Below, in pieces: positions 12,448 through 27,488 of a stretch of DNA of 64,000 nucleotides; positions within the stretch are counted from its first letter, which is position 1; each line of letters begins with the position of its first letter. Location: NCBI RefSeq assembly GCF_009914755.1, contig NC_060928.1; one strand, given 5' to 3'. The translations under genes were made by a program, and so were the position numbers. Source of the DNA: the human T2T-CHM13v2.0 reference genome, Homo sapiens. The notes beneath the pieces are model-generated. The model made no database searches. It saw only the letters and a list, made by a program, of their open reading frames with translations, and was not told the origin of the DNA.

Positions 12448-14819
12448 ATGGTTAAGAATTATAAGGTATGATATGGCTTCCCAATTGTCAAAGAATTAAA
12501 ATGCTCATTAGGAGAGGAGTGACTGCTTCTCCCTTTAGTAGAAAAACAATTCAAACTCAGGTTACCAATTACAATACACAAACTAAAACAGTTATGTTGA
12601 GCCGGGAAACCGTCTTCTTGTAGGCTATCTTCTAGCACCAAATAATGCCCACATGATTTCTGGCTGAAGGCCATCAGAATGGAATTTTAGCACTGGAAGA
12701 ATAGAGTTAATGTTACTTCTTAAGGAGAAACCTATTACCTTTGTACATTCATTGAAAATTTAGGAAGCATAAATTACATATTTCTGAACATACTGTTTTG
12801 TAAGTTTTTTTAAAACTTTGTTGATATTCATTGACCCACACAAAATAGATTAATGAAGAAATAGTTTGCTGACCCATCCCATGTCTTCATTATTGCTGTG
12901 TTTCACAAACATACTGGTGTCTTGTGACATATCCTTATTAAGACACGTTAGTTGAGTATATTACCTAAAGCTGCTATTCTTAATAAGCTATGCAAAGAAA
13001 GCAGGAATTATTCCCTAGCCTGATATTTGCACATATTTTCATGAGATAAGAATTAGCAATTGGACTTGCCCCAAAAAATAGAACAGCAAGATACATTCCC
13101 ACAAAATATGTTTGCCAACCTGTAAAAAAACCACCTGTCAAAAAATGGTGTATATGATCAAGTAATTTTTGTCTCTTGCAAAATATGGAATATTTGTAAT
13201 TGATCTTTGATTTTCTGCTGGTTGAGTATACTGTTTTATGCAAATACTGTTTTGCTGACTACAATGTAAAGGTCGCCATCTGTTGAACATAAGTAATTAC
13301 TACACTTCAGTTCCTTGTGAGACTAGTACTTAAAAATTATTGAGCCAAGAAACATAGTTCCTATGTATTTTCACATCCAAATTGTTTAATTCTGTTTAAT
13401 GCTGGAAATGCCTGTTGTTGTTGTTGTTTACCAAATTAAACGTGTACTATTAGCACTTATAAAGATCTGTTATTTATAAAAGTCAGTGTTCGTAATATGC
13501 CAAGTTGGCTTTCATAATCCCAGAATATTCACCACGTTCCTTAGAGGCAGAATTTTGTCAGACCGGTAGTCCTTCTCTTATAATGCTGTTTGGATAAGTT
13601 GTTTTCCATTTCACCTTTAGAGAAGTAAATTACACAATAAAATTATTTTATTGAATTAAACCAGATAATTAAAGAAACTTATGTTTACTAAAACTCAGTA
13701 TTGAAGAAGACTCCTGCACTTTAGTTTTTTTTTTTCTTCAAAAGAAATCACAACTTCAAAAGTTAATTAAGAGCATTGATGATAGGCAGACTTCAAAATC
13801 ATGGAAGGCTTAATTTCTATCTTTTGCTGCTATTCTAGTTTATGTATTTCAGACACATTGCAGGTTTCAGAAGTCCAAGTTTTCCTACTTTTATATTATG
13901 TGAAGGTTTGTTTATTAGAATGATATGATTTTATAAAAGAAAATTGAACCAATATATTATATAGTATAAAGCATATGACAGGTATGGATATTTAGACATC
14001 TTCACTTTCCTTTTAGTCAAATTAAAGAACTATCTACAAATTGCTTTTATCTAAAAATTAGTCTCATGTGTCCATGTATTCTCTTTTGTGTTTTTCTATT
14101 TTTGTATCTATTAAAGGGTATTGTTTGAATGCTACTCCTGTGTCCAACTCTGTAATAGGTGTTCATCTCACAGATGCACCTAATTAACTACTCCCAAAGA
14201 TTCTGAATTTATATCTTTGAACAGAAGAATGTGTTAAAACTAAGGTGACACCTGTTGCGGAATTTTCAAGTTAGTGGTACACACTTATTTTGCCTCTTCA
14301 CACACTTTATTCTTTATCCTGATATGCTAGTAATTTATAAGAAGAAAAAAATTGAGAATAAATTTCTGAAAGATTTTAATGTCTTCAGGTAGCTGTGTAT
14401 CATTGGTTAGACAGTGAGTGAACTTGAAGCTTTAATACAGAGAAGTAACACTTAAGCAAATTTGGTGGAATCAAGTTTACCCTTGGCTTACAGCAGTGGA
14501 ATCACATACTTGTTAAAATCAGCAAAGCTCTTAGCAGGGATGTTGGAGCAGCATCACAGGTATGTTTACAAAAAGTACACCCACCAACAGTAAAACCAAA
14601 AATCCTTTATATATGAAAGGTAAAACAATCAGATAACATCTATTCAAGGGATAAGTAAAAAACAGAAGTGATGTCGTCAAGGGTGATGGTGAAACTAATA
14701 AATGCTCTGTGTTGAAAGACAGCAAATAAAAATAACCAAAACCCAGAGGTTTATTTATATCCTGGAGGGATTTGAAGCCCCCCATACAGAAAGTGATTCT
14801 AAATGGTTCTCACTAGACT

Positions 14820-15500
14820 CTTTTTCTTAATGACTTACCGCTCAGGGTATGTAGAGGACTTACAGATGAGATTCACTGAGTACTATCTGCGTTTGTTTCA
14901 AATCCTGGATGGGAAAGAAAATAGAAGAGTGGTAAAAGGAAAATATAGTACTGATTTTCAAAAAAGGAAAAAAAAGTTAACTTCTAACCATAAACTAATT
15001 TGAACTTGAGATCATCTGGAAAAAAGTCAAGCAGGCATTCTGAAAAGCATGGCTAGTGAGCACTGAGAAGAGGAGGGCAGAATTGCCAAGACCCAGAATA
15101 AGTTCTCAAGAAACACATCACATCCAACTTAACACATTTTGGATAGATTGGGAGAGATGTTAATTTTAACAATTGATCAAAGAAAGACCCTTAAAATTCC
15201 TTTGAATTTAATAATGAAATGAGGTTGATAAGTATGTTTTTAAATGCATAAAAGGTTGAAGTAGTTTAACCAAAGAATATTGTTTAAAGGATTAATTAGT
15301 GACTTGGATGAGGAGATCCACAACTTGCTGCCCATATTTGTGAGTACCATGAAGCAGGGAGATATAGCATACATGTTCAATAACCAATAAGGTTGGCAAA
15401 CCTAAATATCAAAGGAGAAGTGGGAATTTTAAAAGAAAATAAACCCAGTAAGAGTTAGTCATGTCGTATGGCTCCTAAAATGATAAGCAGTAGTTCTGTT
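14820..15500 (+). mobile_element. L3/CR1 LINE fragment (RT region)
   Basis: gattttcaaaaaaggaaaaaaagt...tagtgagcactgagaag...gttctcaagaaacacatcacatccaactt resembles CR1/L3 consensus; heavily diverged. Confidence 0.55.
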
Positions 15501-15789
15501 CTGCACTAGTAAATCTCACCTGGTGGCATATTATGCTAGTCCTTGACATTAATCTCTGACAATTACATAGATAATCCCAAGAAAATCAACTGAAGACTCA
15601 CTGAGACAATTAAGCTGTCTTTGGGTGAGAAGCAGTTATATGAGTAGTTGATATTAGACGATAATCTGGGCTGGTTCTTTGACCTAAATCCAAGTGGGTC
15701 TTTTCCTCTAAACATTCTCCTTTAGTCTCAGGCCTCACTTATTAGCAGTGGCCCCTGCTCATGTTTAGCATATATTATATATAATAAAT

Positions 15790-17460
15790 ACGTCCAACAA
15801 ATGTTTATGAGGCACTTATTTGTGCTGGTTTCTAGGAAAATGAAGATGCTATTATGAACTTAGTCTAGTAGAGCAGACATGCAATGAAAAAGGAAAATAA
15901 GGAAAAATACAGTTTTAGGTTATGATATATTCTATAAAGTAATATAGTACAACATGAATATAATGAGGGGAGGGGAAGAGTAAGGTCATTAGACTCTAGT
16001 TAGAGAAAAAGAAAATAATTTGAGCTGAAATGTGAGTGCCCTGAAAGAGTCAGTCATGAGGATGTGGAGATGTCCTCTCCAGGCAGAAGGAACAGCAAAT
16101 GCAGAGTCCCTGAGACAGGAATCAATTGGTGTGTTTAGGGAACTGAAAAAGAGCCATTATGAATGGGGCATAGTAAATAAGAGACAGAATGATAAGAGAT
16201 TACGTGAAGTACTCAGGGGCCAGATTATTGACTGCCTTGTAGGTTGTGTTAAGGAGTTCAGATTATTTTTCTAATTAAATGAGAGGCCCAATATAGGACT
16301 GTAGTCATAGGAGTAACATCTGATGTATATTTTTAACAGATCACCCTGAATACTATGGAAAATTAATTGTAAGGGAGAAATAATGGGAGCAGGAGACTGT
16401 TATGAGTATCCCCATAGTTCAGATAAGCAATGTAGTGGCAGTGGAGATGGAGAGCATTGGATAGGTTTGTATTTTAGACAAAGAGCTGATAGGTGTATAG
16501 AAATATTGAGGTGGAGGGTAATGGAGAGTGGAAAATTGGTAAGTCAGTGAATTTGTAAAGAATTAGTTCAGTTGATAAGAGCTAATGAGATTGGTCAGAG
16601 TCAATTTGGTACAGTAAAAAAAGCTAATAGAATCGAGGGATAGCAGACTGAGTGAGGAAAAAAAAGGGTCCTTAAAATTTAGATTTCAGACATGTTGTAC
16701 TTGTTGATGAAAAATTAAAGGTTATGAATTTTGGAGTGCATGCTGATATATTCTAGGTGTAAGGCTTAGCCTTAGGGGAATGTATCATTAAAGTGAAGAA
16801 ATCAAACAATTCAATAGTAAGGTTACTTATTCAGTGATTGTGCATGATTATTGAAATAATCATGAGAGATTGTTGGAATGGGGTGAAGAGGAAGGCAGTC
16901 AGGAGCTAAAACAGTGGGTGAGGTAGAGACAAACAGTGGGAAGGCCCTATAGTGAATGGTATAGTGAGCCTCCAAGGACTTGGGATTTTGGAGGATCAAA
17001 GATGACTGATAGTAGTTAAAACAGTAATGAGGAGGACACTTGCTCCATCTCCAGGTTTATAAGAATAAGGCATATGAAAGAAAAAGCAACATCTGTTTGA
17101 AGAGACTGTAAAGAAGGTATAGTAAAACAGTAATGGGTTTGTGAGGGCTGTGATAGATGGTGAAGTGATTAGATTAGGAGATACACAAAGCAGTGAAGAA
17201 ATAAGAGTCCAGGAGATGCTGGATGACCCAAGGGATTTGAACTTCTGATTGTGGCAGGTAAACAAGGGTAAGTGGGAAGCATGATGTGATTAATCCTCAG
17301 AGTCCATTACAGGAAAATGGATACTAGAATGTAAGCTTCATGAGGGCAGGAAATTAAAGTAGACAATAGGATGTGTGAAGGTGCTTGGCAGAAAGTGGGA
17401 ATTCAAGTAATTGTTTTTTGTTATTGAATGAATGAGTGAATGCAATGAGTGATTGAATGG
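15790..17460. mobile_element. LINE-2 fragments
   Basis: caacaaatgtttatgag..., ccaggcagaaggaacagcaaatgcagagtccctgag, gaatgaatgagtgaatg. Confidence 0.65.
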
Positions 17461-18269
17461 GTGCGTTTGGGACATATGATCCAGAATATTTGGCTAGTGA
17501 GTGTGTAGCCACTTGGCTATTGTTCTGTAATGCCAACAGGACACTCTCAGTGGAGCATGAGGTACTGTGCTGGCTTTCTCAAGACATGTGGCCTCTTTAA
17601 GGATTCACTGTGGGTGGCTGTTCAGTGGGACACATTCAGACGTATTCTTTTATATTTTCAAACAGGTAACTTGACTTAACACTATTTATTAAATAATACA
17701 TGCCTTTCTCCTCTTTATCCCGAATCTGAAAAATACCTTTATTGTTTATAAATTCTTTTTCTAATATTAGGATTATGTTAAAACTACAAAATGGCAGATT
17801 TTTGTCACATATAAGAAGCTATTTCTAACTAGTATAAATCTCTGAAGTCATGGATCAGAATGATCCAGTGAAGAAACTGATGATGGAAAGTGAGAGGGCC
17901 AAAGGTTAGTGGTAAGTGCCCTGCAGTTACTGAGGGAGTCATGCTTTTATCAGGGGATTGCTCCAAGTGACTTTTAAGTTGTCATTACACGTTAAAATCT
18001 TCATATTATATTTGCATTTTGTATAGATAAAAAATGCTCATTCTTTACCTGGCTTTAGACCCTATAGAACATTTTCTATATAGAGATCAAAGAATACTCT
18101 AGATAACTAAAGAATTTACAAAATATTAAGTATTGAACACTTAATAATGATAAAATCCATTATGGAGTGGCAACAGCAGAGAAATGTGTAAGAGTTATAA
18201 AGCCATAGTTTGAAAGATGTGAGAAAATGGAAAATATCATCAAAGAGGAAATTCTTTCCCTAATACAAA

Positions 18270-18631
18270 TGTCTTAGTCAGATCAAGCTGCTAGAACAAA
18301 AATATCATGGACTGGGTGGCTTAAACAACAAACAGTTATTTCTCATAGTTCTGGAGGCTGGGAAGTCAAGATCGAGGTACCTGTACACTCAGTGTCTGGT
18401 GAGGGACTGCTTCTTAGTTCATAGATGATGCCTTCTCACTGTATCCTCATATGGTAGGAGAGAGGGAGCTCTCTGAGGTATCTCTTATAAGGGACCCCTT
18501 TCATGAGCGCTCTCTGCCTGTGTGACCTAATCATCTCCCAGAGGCCTCACCTCCTAATACTATCACATAGGGCGTTAGGATTTTGACATATGATTTGGGA
18601 CTGGGGGGACACAAACGTTCACTGTATAACA
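18270..18631. mobile_element. MaLR solo LTR (MLT1A-like)
   Basis: tgtcttagtc...ggggacacaaacgttcactgtataaca; TSD ACAAA both sides. Confidence 0.88.
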
Positions 18632-19595
18632 ACAAATAATAAGTTCCAATTCCTTCAGCAATATCCCTTTTTGTTTGCCTATCTTTTCCTTGCTTAAGTA
18701 AGTGGGAAGCTCCTAGAAAAATGATTTCTTTGAGTTAGTCCTTCTTTGCTCTTACAAAAAATCAACCTCATTTTGGGTAGTATTTTCATGTTTGATAATT
18801 TATTTCATAACCTTTTAGCCTCTAAGATCCAGTCCTCCTTGTCTGCCATGTGCAAAGCAAGGATAACTCTACTTGCTTATTTTTAAATTCTCAAGATGCC
18901 ATCTATGTAATAAAGGTAGAATTAGCAGGCTCAAGTAACATTTTCAGGCTGCTACAGAAACAAAGACTATTGAAAACCAATTAATAAATGGATAGCTTAT
19001 GATTGAGAGTACCAGAAATTCCCACCTGAGGTTTAGTTGATTTAGTTTTCCAGAAGGGAGATCATAGTTACAAATGAGCAAACTCAACATATTTATTGTC
19101 AGGAAGCCAGCAGAAAATACTTATTTTTTTCACATGCCTAGCAGTTTCCTTGGCTAAAATAAATAGCTTTGCTATGCCAGTGAACCCCAAAAGGGCAGAA
19201 TCTAGCTATGACTCTGATATATTCTAGTTTCTGCTTAGCAATATTATTACATAAAAGTTTGCTTTGTGGAAGTAGAATACCAAGGACAATTTATTGTCAT
19301 TTTCCTCCTTTACCTTTTAATAAAACGTATATTTCAAGGTTTGTGAATTTTTCCTCTTATTGAAAACTCGTCGTGTGGGTATGTAATAAGTCACTAGTCT
19401 ATTTGATCATTTTATCATATTTATATTCAGAAATAGGAAGCATTTAAAATTTTAATTGAAGATGCCATTTTTATGTTGTAAAAGAAAATGTTTGCATTAT
19501 TTTTAAGATTTTTTTAAGGTTCGCCTTTGTGACAGATTTCTTCTTAGAACATAGTTTGCATATAATTCCATCAAAATCTGGATGACCCAAATTAA

Positions 19596-20051
<456 letters not shown>

Positions 20052-20652
20052 TAATTTTAGTACCAGGGTTGAAAGATTATTGGAAGGATTAAATATGATG
20101 ATACATATTAAGCGATGAAAAAATATTTGCTTTTATTATTAACAAATGATTTACATGTAAGTTAAAAAATGAAGTAAAAGTAATAATATTATCATTAATG
20201 ACCAAGAGCCTGAATCCTGGAAGAACTTAGTTTGTTCAAGACATTGTACAGGTAGTCTAATGTGACTGGAGTTCAGTGAATAAAGGGAAAATTGGTGTGG
20301 AAAGATAATTGAGAGGTTGATCATAACAGGTCATTTGGGGATTTTGTAGAGAATGTTAAGCACTTTGGGTATTATCCTAACTGCAGTAGGAATTTGTTGC
20401 AAGGTTTTAATCAAAAGAATGATTTGATAAAATGTGTTTTGTTGTTTTTTCTTAAGGCACATGGGCTATACTAAACCATGCCAGAAAACACAGGGGCTGG
20501 AAGGGGCAGGATTTGGCAAGAGAGGAAGCAAGAGAGCAGTTAGACAGTTCTTAAATCACTAGTATAAGTTAGTGCTTATCATAGTCTGGATGAGAGAGGG
20601 TGGTAGCAGAGAAATGGGGTAGATGGATGGCGTAATGAGAAAAACTTGGGAC

Positions 20653-21065
20653 TGTAATGCCCCCCCAACCCTCCGCAAACTGGGAAAACTGGGACGTTGC
20701 CAAGAGAATGACTCAGACAAGTCCAGCTTGATGAGTAGATGAGTTTATTAGGACATACATACAGGGCACTGCTGGACAGCAGCAGTATGGCTCCAAGAGA
20801 TCCACACCGCCTCCCATCTCTAGGCTGCTTTTAAGCTAATTTTCTGGCTCTTTGCCGTGTATGTGTGTGCTCACGCGCGCGTGTGTGAGTGTGCTGGGAC
20901 TTTTTTCCTTGGTATATTCCCAGCCATGCCTCAGGATGTTTGCGTTCTCAGGGACCCCTGCTTCTCGGCTAGGCACCATGGCCTTAGCTAACTGCCTGGC
21001 CCTCAAGTTTCAAGCATTGAATATAACACCCTTAAGTAACCTGGTAGGGGACCCATCACACCACT
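20653..21065 (-). mobile_element. ERV solo LTR (LTR47-like)
   Basis: Reverse strand begins gtgtgatgggtcccctaccaggttacttaaggg; AATAAA on - strand ~20743-20748; subfamily from memory. Confidence 0.65.
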
Positions 21066-21435
21066 GATAGATTAAAAATATAAATTTGGAAGTAGAGTCA
21101 TTTGGACATGGTGAAAGATGATTTGAGACAGAGAGATATTAGAGGTATTAATAACTAAAGGGCAATTCAAAATATGGGCTACTGCTCATAGGAGACAGCT
21201 GGGCTAGATATAAATCTGTACATTAGGTGGTGTTAAAGCTACAGGACAGAGTAATGTCACTGTACTAATGATAGCAGAGTACAGAGAAATAAAGCCTAGG
21301 ACAGAGAACTCTCGGGAAACAGAATAGCCAGTGAAATACTACTAAAAACAGGCAGGTAAATAGGGTTGAGGCACAAATGACAGGAAAAGAGAAGCAGTAG
21401 TCAATTGAGCCAGACACTAAGTAAAATGAGGAATG

Positions 21436-22055
<620 letters not shown>

Positions 22056-23469
22056 TAAAATGAGGAATGCAAATTGTCCATTGAATTTAGCCACAAGAAG
22101 GTCATCAGTGACCTTAGCAAGATGCAGTTTCATAGAGTGTTGGGGGTTGGGGTCTAGTTGAGATGGCTGAAGACTGACAGTCAAGTGAGTATAATGTTAT
22201 TTCAGAGTCTGGCTGGTAAGTGGAACAGGAAAATAGAAAGTAAAGATAGTCTGTTGTTTTTAAGAGAAACTACAGCATTTTAAAAGAGGACACAAAGCAT
22301 CCAGTAGAGAAGGAGAGATGGATTAATCGAGGCCACTGAGATTAAGGGAGGAGATGGAGTACACAGCATTAGAATGTTGCTCTTGGGCAGTTGTCCGGAC
22401 TAGGGGATAGAAAAAGAATTCTTCTTACTGGTCCTACAGGATGGTAAGGATGGTAAATTAGTAGATGGACAACTCACACCTGATTTGCTGGACAGATTGT
22501 TCACAAGGGTCCGTAATGAACAAGTGCAGAGATGGTGCAGAAATAGACACAATGCATGAATAGCTCTTTGTTCATGTATCCTGAGAAAAGCAAGCCAAAA
22601 GGGAAAGACTTTATCTGGGAAAGAGGAAGTCTTCATAACCCTCTCTGGTGAGAAATGAAAACTCATTTAAGCAAGACAAGGCAGAAAATTTGGCTGCTGC
22701 AGATATGCTATTAATCAGAGCTTCCTCCAACCTAAAAGGAGTAAACACTGGGGAATGTCAGAATGAGAACAGATACTGATGTTTGTTCCATAGTAAATGA
22801 GGTAGTTTAAGATTTTGTCTTAAGTCAGGTTTTTAGAGTTTGGCTAAGCAATGAAGAGATAATCAATACGTGTAACACATGGGAAACTTCCCAAGTGCGT
22901 TTGCTTGGAAGATGACTTGGAGATCATCTTCAAAGGTATTTCATGATTTATATGAAATTTATTCTCAAATGGCACTCAGCTTTTTTCCAATCAGCATATT
23001 TCACGGAGATGTTGGAAGACTCAACTTCTCCAACTCACTCCCTTTTCTTTTTTTTTTTAATCTGTCCTGTGGTAATATGTAGATATTGATAATAATTTAT
23101 AACCATATTTTCTTTTTTCCTGAAATATTTATAAATTTTTAATATTAAAATATTTATTTAAAGGTATTTTGGGAGCACTATTCATTTCTTTCAAGTTATC
23201 ATGTGTCCACTTAGGCAAAAATCTGTTTAGTCAGAATTGTGACACAGTCTCTAGAAGGTACAAATACTTTTCAATTTACAAATATTGTGAATTCGTTATT
23301 TGGAAAAAATAAATTTCAAGCTTTTATTTCACAAATATTTGTTAACTTTATGGTAAGCACTTTGTTACACTTCATGTATATCAGTAACTATTGGTATCAG
23401 GGAGCTTCTAGTCTTCTGAGACTGTCTGGATTTAAACAAATAACGACACAAATTGTATAATAATAATAA

Positions 23470-23880
23470 CAAATTATATGAGTGAAAAGTACAGACTGCT
23501 ATGACAGCACATGACAGGGGCAGCTAAGGTGGCTTGGGGAATCAGGGAGGCTTCTGGGAGGAGGTGACATTTAAACTGAGGCCAGAAGGATGCCTTGGAG
23601 TTATCCCAGTGAGGGTGTGGTAGAACGAGGGCTGAGGACAGTGAGGAGTAGGAGACTGTGCAGAGGCCAGGAGGGGGATAGAAGCAGGGCCTATTTCAAA
23701 AAGAGATGGAAGGCCCAGTGGACTGGAGCAAGCCAAAGAGAGTGGACAAGCTTCATGACATAATGCTGAAGAACAGGTAGCCCAAGATCACCTAGAGCAG
23801 GGCTGGAAGGTCTAAGCAACAGACATGATCGCATTTGTATTTTTCAGAGTTCACTCTGGTAGCTGTGTAGAGAAGTTATT
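23470..23880. mobile_element. LINE-2 fragment
   Basis: tcagggaggcttctgggaggaggtgacatttaaactgag. Confidence 0.65.
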
Positions 23881-23888
23881 TTCTAGGA

Positions 23889-24222
23889 CAGGGGTCAGCA
23901 AATTTTTTTCTGTAAAGGTCCAGATAGGAAATGTGCTAGATTTTTCAGGCCATATGGTCTGTCACAGTTAGTCAGTTCTTATATCATATGAAAGTAGCCA
24001 TAGACATATGAAGAATGAACCTGGCTATGTTCCAATAAAGTTCCAATAAAACCTTATTTATGGATGCTGAAATTTGAATTTTATATAATTTTTGTGTGTC
24101 ATTGTATTGTTATTTCGATTTTCTTAACCATTAACCATTTAAAAATATGAAAACTATTCTTAGGCCATACAAAGACAGGCAGGGCCTGAATTTGGCCAGC
24201 ATGCCGTGGTTTGCTGACCCAT
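23889..24222. mobile_element. MER58B-like hAT-Charlie transposon
   Basis: Terminal inverted repeats ggggtcagcaaa ... tttgctgaccc; internal GTTCCAATAAA x2. Confidence 0.85.
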
Positions 24223-25242
24223 GTTATGGTTCTTATATTTCTTAGTCTCTTAACCTTTCTGCTCTACCTCTTAATGTTTTAGTTCTATCATGACATTTTT
24301 CTTCAACTGTCTACGTTTTTTCAACACTCTGGTAAAGGTATGACTAATGTGAAATAAAAAACAGGAATATAACCTCTCCTTTCCTATTTTTTAATCCATT
24401 TGAAAATCAGTGTAACATGACTGACCATTCTATTTTTTTATCCACAGACTTTTTTTTTTTAATGGCTAATTTTGTATTTTTCCTGTTTTATTTTTCTTCC
24501 CAAAGTTTTATACTTGGTGCTTTCTTTTTTTTGAACTTAACATTGAGTTCTTCATTTTTTCTTTACCTGGCAATAGTTCTTCTAGAACTTACTTCTGGCA
24601 TTCTATATAAAAAATAATACAGATATCAGAAAATTAAAGTAAAGAATACTCAAAACCCTACGATTGCATGCCACCATCTGTTGTATGAGCAGATAAAATA
24701 GTTTGTTTACATCAAGATACACAACATCCATATAACTTCAGATCTACAGACAGAACATTCTGACGTGAAACTTTTGGTTGCTTTCTTGTAGGACACTTTT
24801 AGGTAGCTGTCTCACAATGTTCTGGAAAACATTATATAGTGGAAATAATACAGGCAGACCTGGTCCAAATTCCACCTGGCCCTTACTAGATGTATGGTAT
24901 TGGGCAACTTAATTAACTTCTTGGAGCCTAAGTTTTTTTAAAGCATTCAAAACACGTAGTCAGTGAATGGGAATTTCCACCTCCTTTTCCCCTGTAAGCG
25001 TAATATTTTATTACATAGAAGTAGCCATATTAAAGAATTTTGGGGGAAAACAGCCCATATTTTGTGGTGGCAGAAGTGTTGGGTTTTGTTTTAACCATTT
25101 GTAGATGTGAAGTAAAAGAAAACCAATAGTGTTCCCAAAATTGAACTAGTAGACATTTAAAAGATGGTATAGATGATAAATGTCTTTTGTACTTTTCATT
25201 AATATTTCCTTTGCCTTATATATTTTACTTCTGAAAACTTAG

Positions 25243-25362
25243 GTTTGACAGTGCTCTGGAAGACCTACCTAAGAGTGGACCTCACCCTCCTGCAACTCCT
25301 CAGGTGTTAACTATTGGTAGCCAAGTGGCCACACTTTCTAAAGTAGCAACTACTTATTCTAG
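25243..25362 (+). CDS. PDLIM5: PDLIM5 cassette exon, 120 nt, phase 2-2 (FDSALEDLPKSGPHPPATPQVLTIGSQVATLSKVATTYS)
   Basis: acttAG|G acceptor, AG|gtagac donor, stop-free in the frame set by the 37-nt exon; not in ORF track. Confidence 0.88.
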
Positions 25363-27344
25363 GTAGACTCTTCCTTCTTGGTGTTTCTAAATTTCAAAGC
25401 TGGTAGTGAATTTAAATATACTAAACTGTTTGAAAAAGAAAAAATGATTGTTGATTACAGAATGGACATCATTAACCTATAGACAAGAAAGCTTGGCACT
25501 CAGCCTCAAAACAGCGCTTCTCACTGCTTTTATATTTTTATTTTTGTTTAGTTTATAACTTCTAATATAGAATCAAGAAATCTCTTTCATTTATTCACTT
25601 TGTGATTTGGAAAGTTAACTTGCTGGCTTTGTCATAAGTCTCCTTTTCTGAATTAGAGCATTTGCCTCAAAGACAGGTAAAGGTCATACACAATATGTTA
25701 CCAGGTGCCCAGACATATTCTAAAGATACTCAGATAAGTAACTGCTTATGAGATATAACTAGATTCTGCTGATACTAAATCCTTTTCTATTATTTGTGAT
25801 GCAATATGATGAAAGAAATTCATTACCGTTTCCTTTTCTTCCTGGAGAAGAAAAAATTAGCTGATTTATTTTTAAGTGATTTTTCAATATACTAAGTTTC
25901 TAGTTCTTATTATTCACCATTATGTCTCCAAATAGTAACCATTGTCTCAGAGATGCAGAGTAATGCAGAAACTCAGAAGTGGAATCACATGATAACTTTA
26001 TTATTCCCTTTGACATTCATGTTACCTACCCTGCTCTGCCATTGATAACATCTTTCTTTTCTCTCTCCAGACCCTGACGTTTTCTTTTCTAACCATTCAT
26101 TAACAGTTGTTAAAACTTAGCCATACAGTTTAATTTAATGGATAGACTTAGATAGACCAAAAGAAAAATTACTTAATTCTGTATCATTTTGAAAACATAG
26201 CTTGCAACTATTTCCTTAATTTTTTTTCTAATCGTTTTTGTAAAGTTATAGCCTGTGGAAATTGGAAGAATGACTTATCAAATTCTTCTGACAGGAAAAA
26301 GAGACTTATGTCAACCCTCACAGTTTCAGACATCTAAGCTCACATTAACCAGAGGTCGAGTTTGCCACGTAATTACTTTGTGTTGGAGGTGGCCATTGAA
26401 AAAAGTGGTCATACTGTAGTGATGATGCTCATTGATAAGTTGCACCCATAAATGAAGAAGAGAGACTACAAGTTTCACACTATACGTTTATACACTCTTT
26501 TTATTTTACTTAATAACCAATTTGAAAATCACTACAGTCATAATTATAGAATGTTCATTCCTGTCCAGGCATTTGATCTTTTCTAAAAGGCCAAGGGAAA
26601 ATTATTATTTTAATTAATAAATACTTATTAGTTCTGAAGATAAAATGCTATACCTGCATTTAAAAATGCTTACAGAACTAACTGAAAATAGAAATATGGA
26701 ACTCAGCAGAAAAGGTGATGTTTTGATCATATTCACTGTAACATTGGTTTATTTTCGCAAAGGTACTTTCCCTCCTTACATAGCTTTACTCTCAATATTT
26801 TAAACAATTATCTCTTTTCATGTTAATATATATTGCTCCTTCTTGATAAGCAGTCTGTTGTGCCTGCTTCTCCTGAAAACATAAGTCGTATTAAAATGTC
26901 ACGCTGTCAGTATATATCGTCTCTAAGGTAAAGCTCATTGTATAGAGACTTTTTGGGAAAAAACAATTTTCCTTCTTTCTATGCTTATAGAAATTCAGAC
27001 TTCACGTTTAGATTTATTTTCTACTAAGTTGTTGGCAAGTCAGTCTTCAAATGTGTGATACGAGGTAATTTTAAATAGGAATACAGTCAGTGAATTTAAA
27101 TACATTGAAGAGTATTCGTATGTCCAAATCAGCTTTATGGAGGATTATACATCAGCTTTTAGCTTCTGAGAGAAACCGTAGGAGCACAAACTAAATGGCC
27201 TGAACTCCTATTACACTTCTTACACTTCACACTTTTATAATGCTTAGATATTAATATGAAATGGTTGCTCTCTTGTATTTATTATGCTACCCTTTCTCAC
27301 TTTCCTTTTTGTTCCTCTCCTGTTTTTCTTTCCCTACCTGTCAG

Positions 27345-27488
27345 TTTAAGCAGCTCCACAGGAAATGTGGAAGATTCTTTCGAAGGTTTTCGAAACTTTT
27401 CTACCTTCTCTTCTCCTGCTAGATATAGTGCTGCAGTTCTGAGCAGCGCAGCTGCTACTGTGTCTGCTGTTATTGCTACAAAAACCAG
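27345..27488 (+). CDS. PDLIM5: PDLIM5 cassette exon, 144 nt, phase 2-2 (LSSSTGNVEDSFEGFRNFSTFSSPARYSAAVLSSAAATVSAVIATKT)
   Basis: Strong pyrimidine tract 27290-27340, gtcAG|T acceptor, AG|gtagaa donor; within ORF 27256..27492. Confidence 0.9.

Noticed and set aside
19150-19170. MEF2-like CTAAAATAAATAG
   Set aside because: Spacing does not fit YTA(A/T)4TAR
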